From contig JAVZCB010000003.1 of the NCBI GenBank assembly GCA_038874595.1, forward strand, positions 32,001 through 96,000: DNA of 64,000 nt, written 5' to 3'. Position numbers and translations under genes: made by a program. Each line of letters starts with the position of its first letter. Position 1 is the first letter of the stretch. This document shows, in pieces, positions 61,421 to 64,000 of the stretch. Origin of the DNA: Candidatus Micrarchaeia archaeon (GTDB lineage: Archaea > Micrarchaeota > Micrarchaeia > CAILAH01). Below the pieces are notes generated by a model. The model was not told the DNA's origin, did no database searches, and saw nothing but the letters and a program-made list of their open reading frames with translations.

Positions 61421-62182
61421 TCACCATTCAGGAGTCATAAACTCCCAATCAAAGCAGGATTTCATCCTGTTATGTGTTAAGTCATCAACGCGGACCGACA
61501 TGCCGCCACCAAATGTGGCCTTGATTTCACGTGCGCGTACCTTTGCAGCATTCACTGCGGCCTCTTTTGAAGCGCCCCTTGCGGAAGTTTGTAGAATATA
61601 CATGATTGCACGCGGCCTGTTTTGTGATTTGTATAATGATTCAAGCATCCTATCCCACATCAGCCTTTTTCTTTCCAGGACCTCTACGACTCTCTCATCA
61701 ACCTTTTTCTTTTGCCTTTCTGCTGCAATTTCACTCTCCACTTTGGCTTTTTCATCTTCGATTGCGCGCACGTACTTGCTGATGTCACGCTCATACAGCA
61801 CCGTAGATATTTTAACAGGGTCCTTGATGCTAGATATCGTCCTTTCAAAATACTGTGCATAATCCTTAACTTCATCTTCACTCTTGTTTGTCATTGTTTC
61901 ATAAACATCAACGCTCATAAACACGCTTGCAATATACTCGTCACCTTCTTGTCGTATAACTGCATCCTCGCTCGCAGGTATCTCAACTCCATATTTGACA
62001 CGTATATCTTTCTGGAACTTCGTAATAAAAGGAACGTATATGTTACCTCGCGAGTAAAATAACCATCCCATCATTGCAGCAATAATAGCAAGCAATGCAA
62101 ATGGCTGGAACTGTGTAGCAAATATCATCAGGAATATTCCTGCTACCAGCGCTGCATATGCGAGCGTTTCATTTAGGTCCAT
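61421..62182 (-). CDS. Membrane-anchored protein, VirB3/VirB4-N-terminal-like (paralog A)
   Basis: Two N-terminal TMs; KSE..Y..FE, P.K..VL..DI..Y, EIKA and C.DWEF..P shared with paralog B. Confidence 0.6.
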   Translation of the reverse strand: MDLNETLAYAALVAGIFLMIFATQFQPFALLAIIAAMMGWLFYSRGNIYVPFITKFQKDIRVKYGVEIPASEDAVIRQEGDEYIASVFMSVDVYETMTNKSEDEVKDYAQYFERTISSIKDPVKISTVLYERDISKYVRAIEDEKAKVESEIAAERQKKKVDERVVEVLERKRLMWDRMLESLYKSQNRPRAIMYILQTSARGASKEAAVNAAKVRAREIKATFGGGMSVRVDDLTHNRMKSCFDWEFMTPEW

Positions 62183-62193
62183 TCATACCCTCC

Positions 62194-62535
62194 TTACAAT
62201 TTTTCCTTGCAGTTGTACTGGTATGAATCTATATCTTCACCCGCAGCGTTTGCAACAACGCTAACTATCCAGGGTGCACTGAACGCAATGATAAGCCCTA
62301 ATATAGCGCCTATGGCAATCGTTGTAGCCCATACATTCGTCCTTGACCTGAACTCTGCCCCAAGCACTTGCCCGCCGGCATAAATCAGCCCTGCAAATAC
62401 CAGGAGTGTAAACGCAAGAAGTGGCATTACCGCTTTGATATCAACGCATATGTTGTTCAGCTCCTCCGGGAAGCCCGCAAACGCAAGGGCAAACCCAAGA
62501 ACAAGTGCCGCAAGCATATACATAGCAAATCGCAC
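62194..62535 (-). CDS. VirB2/TrbC/CedA1-like pilin
   Basis: Signal peptide plus two hydrophobic helices joined by a basic loop (GQVLGAEFRSRTNVW); first gene of the ATPase operon; GGTGA SD. Confidence 0.65.
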   Translation of the reverse strand: MRFAMYMLAALVLGFALAFAGFPEELNNICVDIKAVMPLLAFTLLVFAGLIYAGGQVLGAEFRSRTNVWATTIAIGAILGLIIAFSAPWIVSVVANAAGEDIDSYQYNCKEKL

Positions 62536-62592
62536 ATCATCACCTGTTTTTATATTCAGGAGTATATTTTAAAAACTTATATATAAAAAAAG

Positions 62593-62700
62593 CGCCCACG
62601 CTGGGATTTGAACCCAGATCAAAGGCTTGCTTCTTGAAAGCCAAACAGCGTGGCCTTTCAGCCGGAGGCCCTCATTCTATCCAAGTTAAACTACGTGGGC
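62593..62700 (-). tRNA. tRNA-Arg(CCG) with 37/38 intron (62628-62661, 34 nt)
   Basis: GCCCACG/CGTGGGC acceptor; AGGGC-CT-CCG-G|A-GCCTT arm; hairpin intron. Confidence 0.92.
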
Positions 62701-62737
62701 ACGTATGCTTTACTTCTCATATGGCAGGATTAAGTAG

Positions 62738-62848
62738 CGGGCCCGACGGGATTTTTGGGCGCATAACAGCTGAAATGCAACTGCCACACAGAACCCGTGA
62801 CCTTCGGATTAAAAGTCCGCCGCTCTGGCCAAGCTGAGCTACGGGCCC
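62738..62848 (-). tRNA. tRNA-Lys(UUU) with non-canonical 56/57 intron (62755-62790, 36 nt)
   Basis: GGGCCCG/CGGGCCC acceptor; CT-TTT-AA loop; GGGT/GCCC helix with TC|T and AA|A bulges. Confidence 0.92.
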
Positions 62849-62891
62849 AATTGCAGAGTTATTTATATGAGTTATCCTTATATAGTTAAAC

Positions 62892-63734
62892 ATGGCAGAC
62901 CCGCAAACCCGCAAACCCAGCGAAATGGTACACAGGCCACTTTCTTCACGCAAATATGACTATGGCCATTTGTTAGTGGTTGGCGGGTCAAAATATTATG
63001 CAGGTGCCCCTTTACTGAACGCGCTTGCCGCATACATTGCCGGTGTTGATGTAGTGACAATTGCGGCACCGCACCGTGCAGCAGATATTGCGGTGTCACA
63101 CTCACCAGATATTATTGCATATCCGCTTTCAGGCGATGTGCTTGGTACAGAACACTTACAGGAAATTAATAGCATAATAAAGCGGAATGTTACAGCAGTG
63201 CTCATAGGCGGCGGTATGGGCCGTGAGAAAAAGTCGTTTGATTTTGTTGTTGAGCTGTACAATGCACATAAAAATCTCCCTTTCATATTCGATGCGGATG
63301 CATTACATTGTGCGAGTAGAGTAGATTTTTCATCCAAGGATCTTCTAATCCCAAACATAAAAGAGTTTGGGCTCATCTCATCTAGTGATACACCTACACA
63401 GGTTTCAGTTAAGACAACAGCTTTCTCAATCAAGTCCAACCTTCTCGTTAAAGGCCCAGTTGATTACGTTTCAGATGGTAAGCGCGTTAAAGAAATAAAA
63501 GATGCTTCCGGCAAGGCAGTTTACCTTGCAAAAGGTGGCACGGGTGATATTCTTGCAGGCGTGTGCGCCTCTCTCATTGCGCAGGGTCTCACCCCTTTTG
63601 ATGCGGCGTGTATAGGTGCAGCAGCTGTAAAGCATGCAGGTGCCGCTCTTGGGAAATTGCACGGGCCGTTTTACCTTCCCACAGATTTGTTACGCGTGCT
63701 CCCGGATTCTCTCGTGCACGAGCTTGGAAAATAG
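62892..63734 (+). CDS. nnrD: ADP/ATP-dependent NAD(P)H-hydrate dehydratase
   Basis: KYDYG.LLVVGGS..Y.GAP, GGGMG, DADAL, KG..D, GGTGDILAG. Confidence 0.92.
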   Translation: MADPQTRKPSEMVHRPLSSRKYDYGHLLVVGGSKYYAGAPLLNALAAYIAGVDVVTIAAPHRAADIAVSHSPDIIAYPLSGDVLGTEHLQEINSIIKRNVTAVLIGGGMGREKKSFDFVVELYNAHKNLPFIFDADALHCASRVDFSSKDLLIPNIKEFGLISSSDTPTQVSVKTTAFSIKSNLLVKGPVDYVSDGKRVKEIKDASGKAVYLAKGGTGDILAGVCASLIAQGLTPFDAACIGAAAVKHAGAALGKLHGPFYLPTDLLRVLPDSLVHELGK

Positions 63735-63797
63735 AAACATTTTTAAACCCTGACATTCCCAAAACGTTAGAGTTAGTTATAGATGGGGGTAAAATGT

Positions 63798-64000
63798 ATG
63801 ACTCGTTCAATGAAAACACACGAGCTTAAAATGGTTTCTGCAAACAGTGCATCAGGTAATGAGTTTGATACTCTGAAAGATGTAGTCGCCACGAAACGCA
63901 ATGAATCGTGGGTGCGCAAGGTCCCACGTGTGATGCGCAACGCATTCTACGGCATTGCGATTGCAACGATGCTGTTTTTATCTTCTGAAGCGCGCGCCCA
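63798..64000 (+). CDS. Partial secreted protein (runs off the window end)
   Basis: Open frame MTRSMK...RNAFYGIAIATMLFLSSEARA, with a delayed signal-peptide-like segment. Confidence 0.5.
   Translation, partial: MTRSMKTHELKMVSANSASGNEFDTLKDVVATKRNESWVRKVPRVMRNAFYGIAIATMLFLSSEARA

Noticed and set aside
55223-62700. VirB4 operon as an integrated conjugative element at tRNA-Arg
   Set aside because: No integrase, relaxase or duplicated tRNA 3' end seen, and composition resembles the core genes

Overview
Chromosomal segment of an archaeon. The ribosomal proteins, RNAP subunits, C1:G72 tRNA-Tyr and BHB introns are archaeal; divergent rRNAs and intron-rich tRNAs suggest a DPANN lineage, plausibly Micrarchaeota (inference). 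Housekeeping content: leuS, two tandem FtsZ2-like genes, DUF2070, the S13-S4-S11-rpoD-tRNA-Leu-L18e-L13-S9-rpoN-tRNA-Pro-S2 cluster, uL16, nnrD and one 16S-23S operon on the minus strand. An AT-rich ~19 kb surface-glycan island (26.6-45.5 kb) encodes a pseudaminic-acid pathway with a formyltransferase plus FolD, and a split WbdD-like methyltransferase/kinase pair. Three highlights: (1) The tRNA-Ala(UGC) in the rRNA spacer is circularly permuted (3' half upstream of 5' half), closed by a BHB motif and carrying a T-loop intron, so 16S, tRNA-Ala and 23S are each bracketed by a BHB. (2) A chromosomal, apparently non-mobile T4SS/Ced-like apparatus is split over two loci: six tandem CedA/VirB6-like membrane paralogs (4.9-13.1 kb) and a pilin-VirB4-like operon (55.2-62.5 kb). 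(3) The 16S has three BHB introns; one encodes a LAGLIDADG endonuclease whose ORF crosses the splice site and would gain a different C-terminus on the circular intron. All calls were made by eye, with no database searches.
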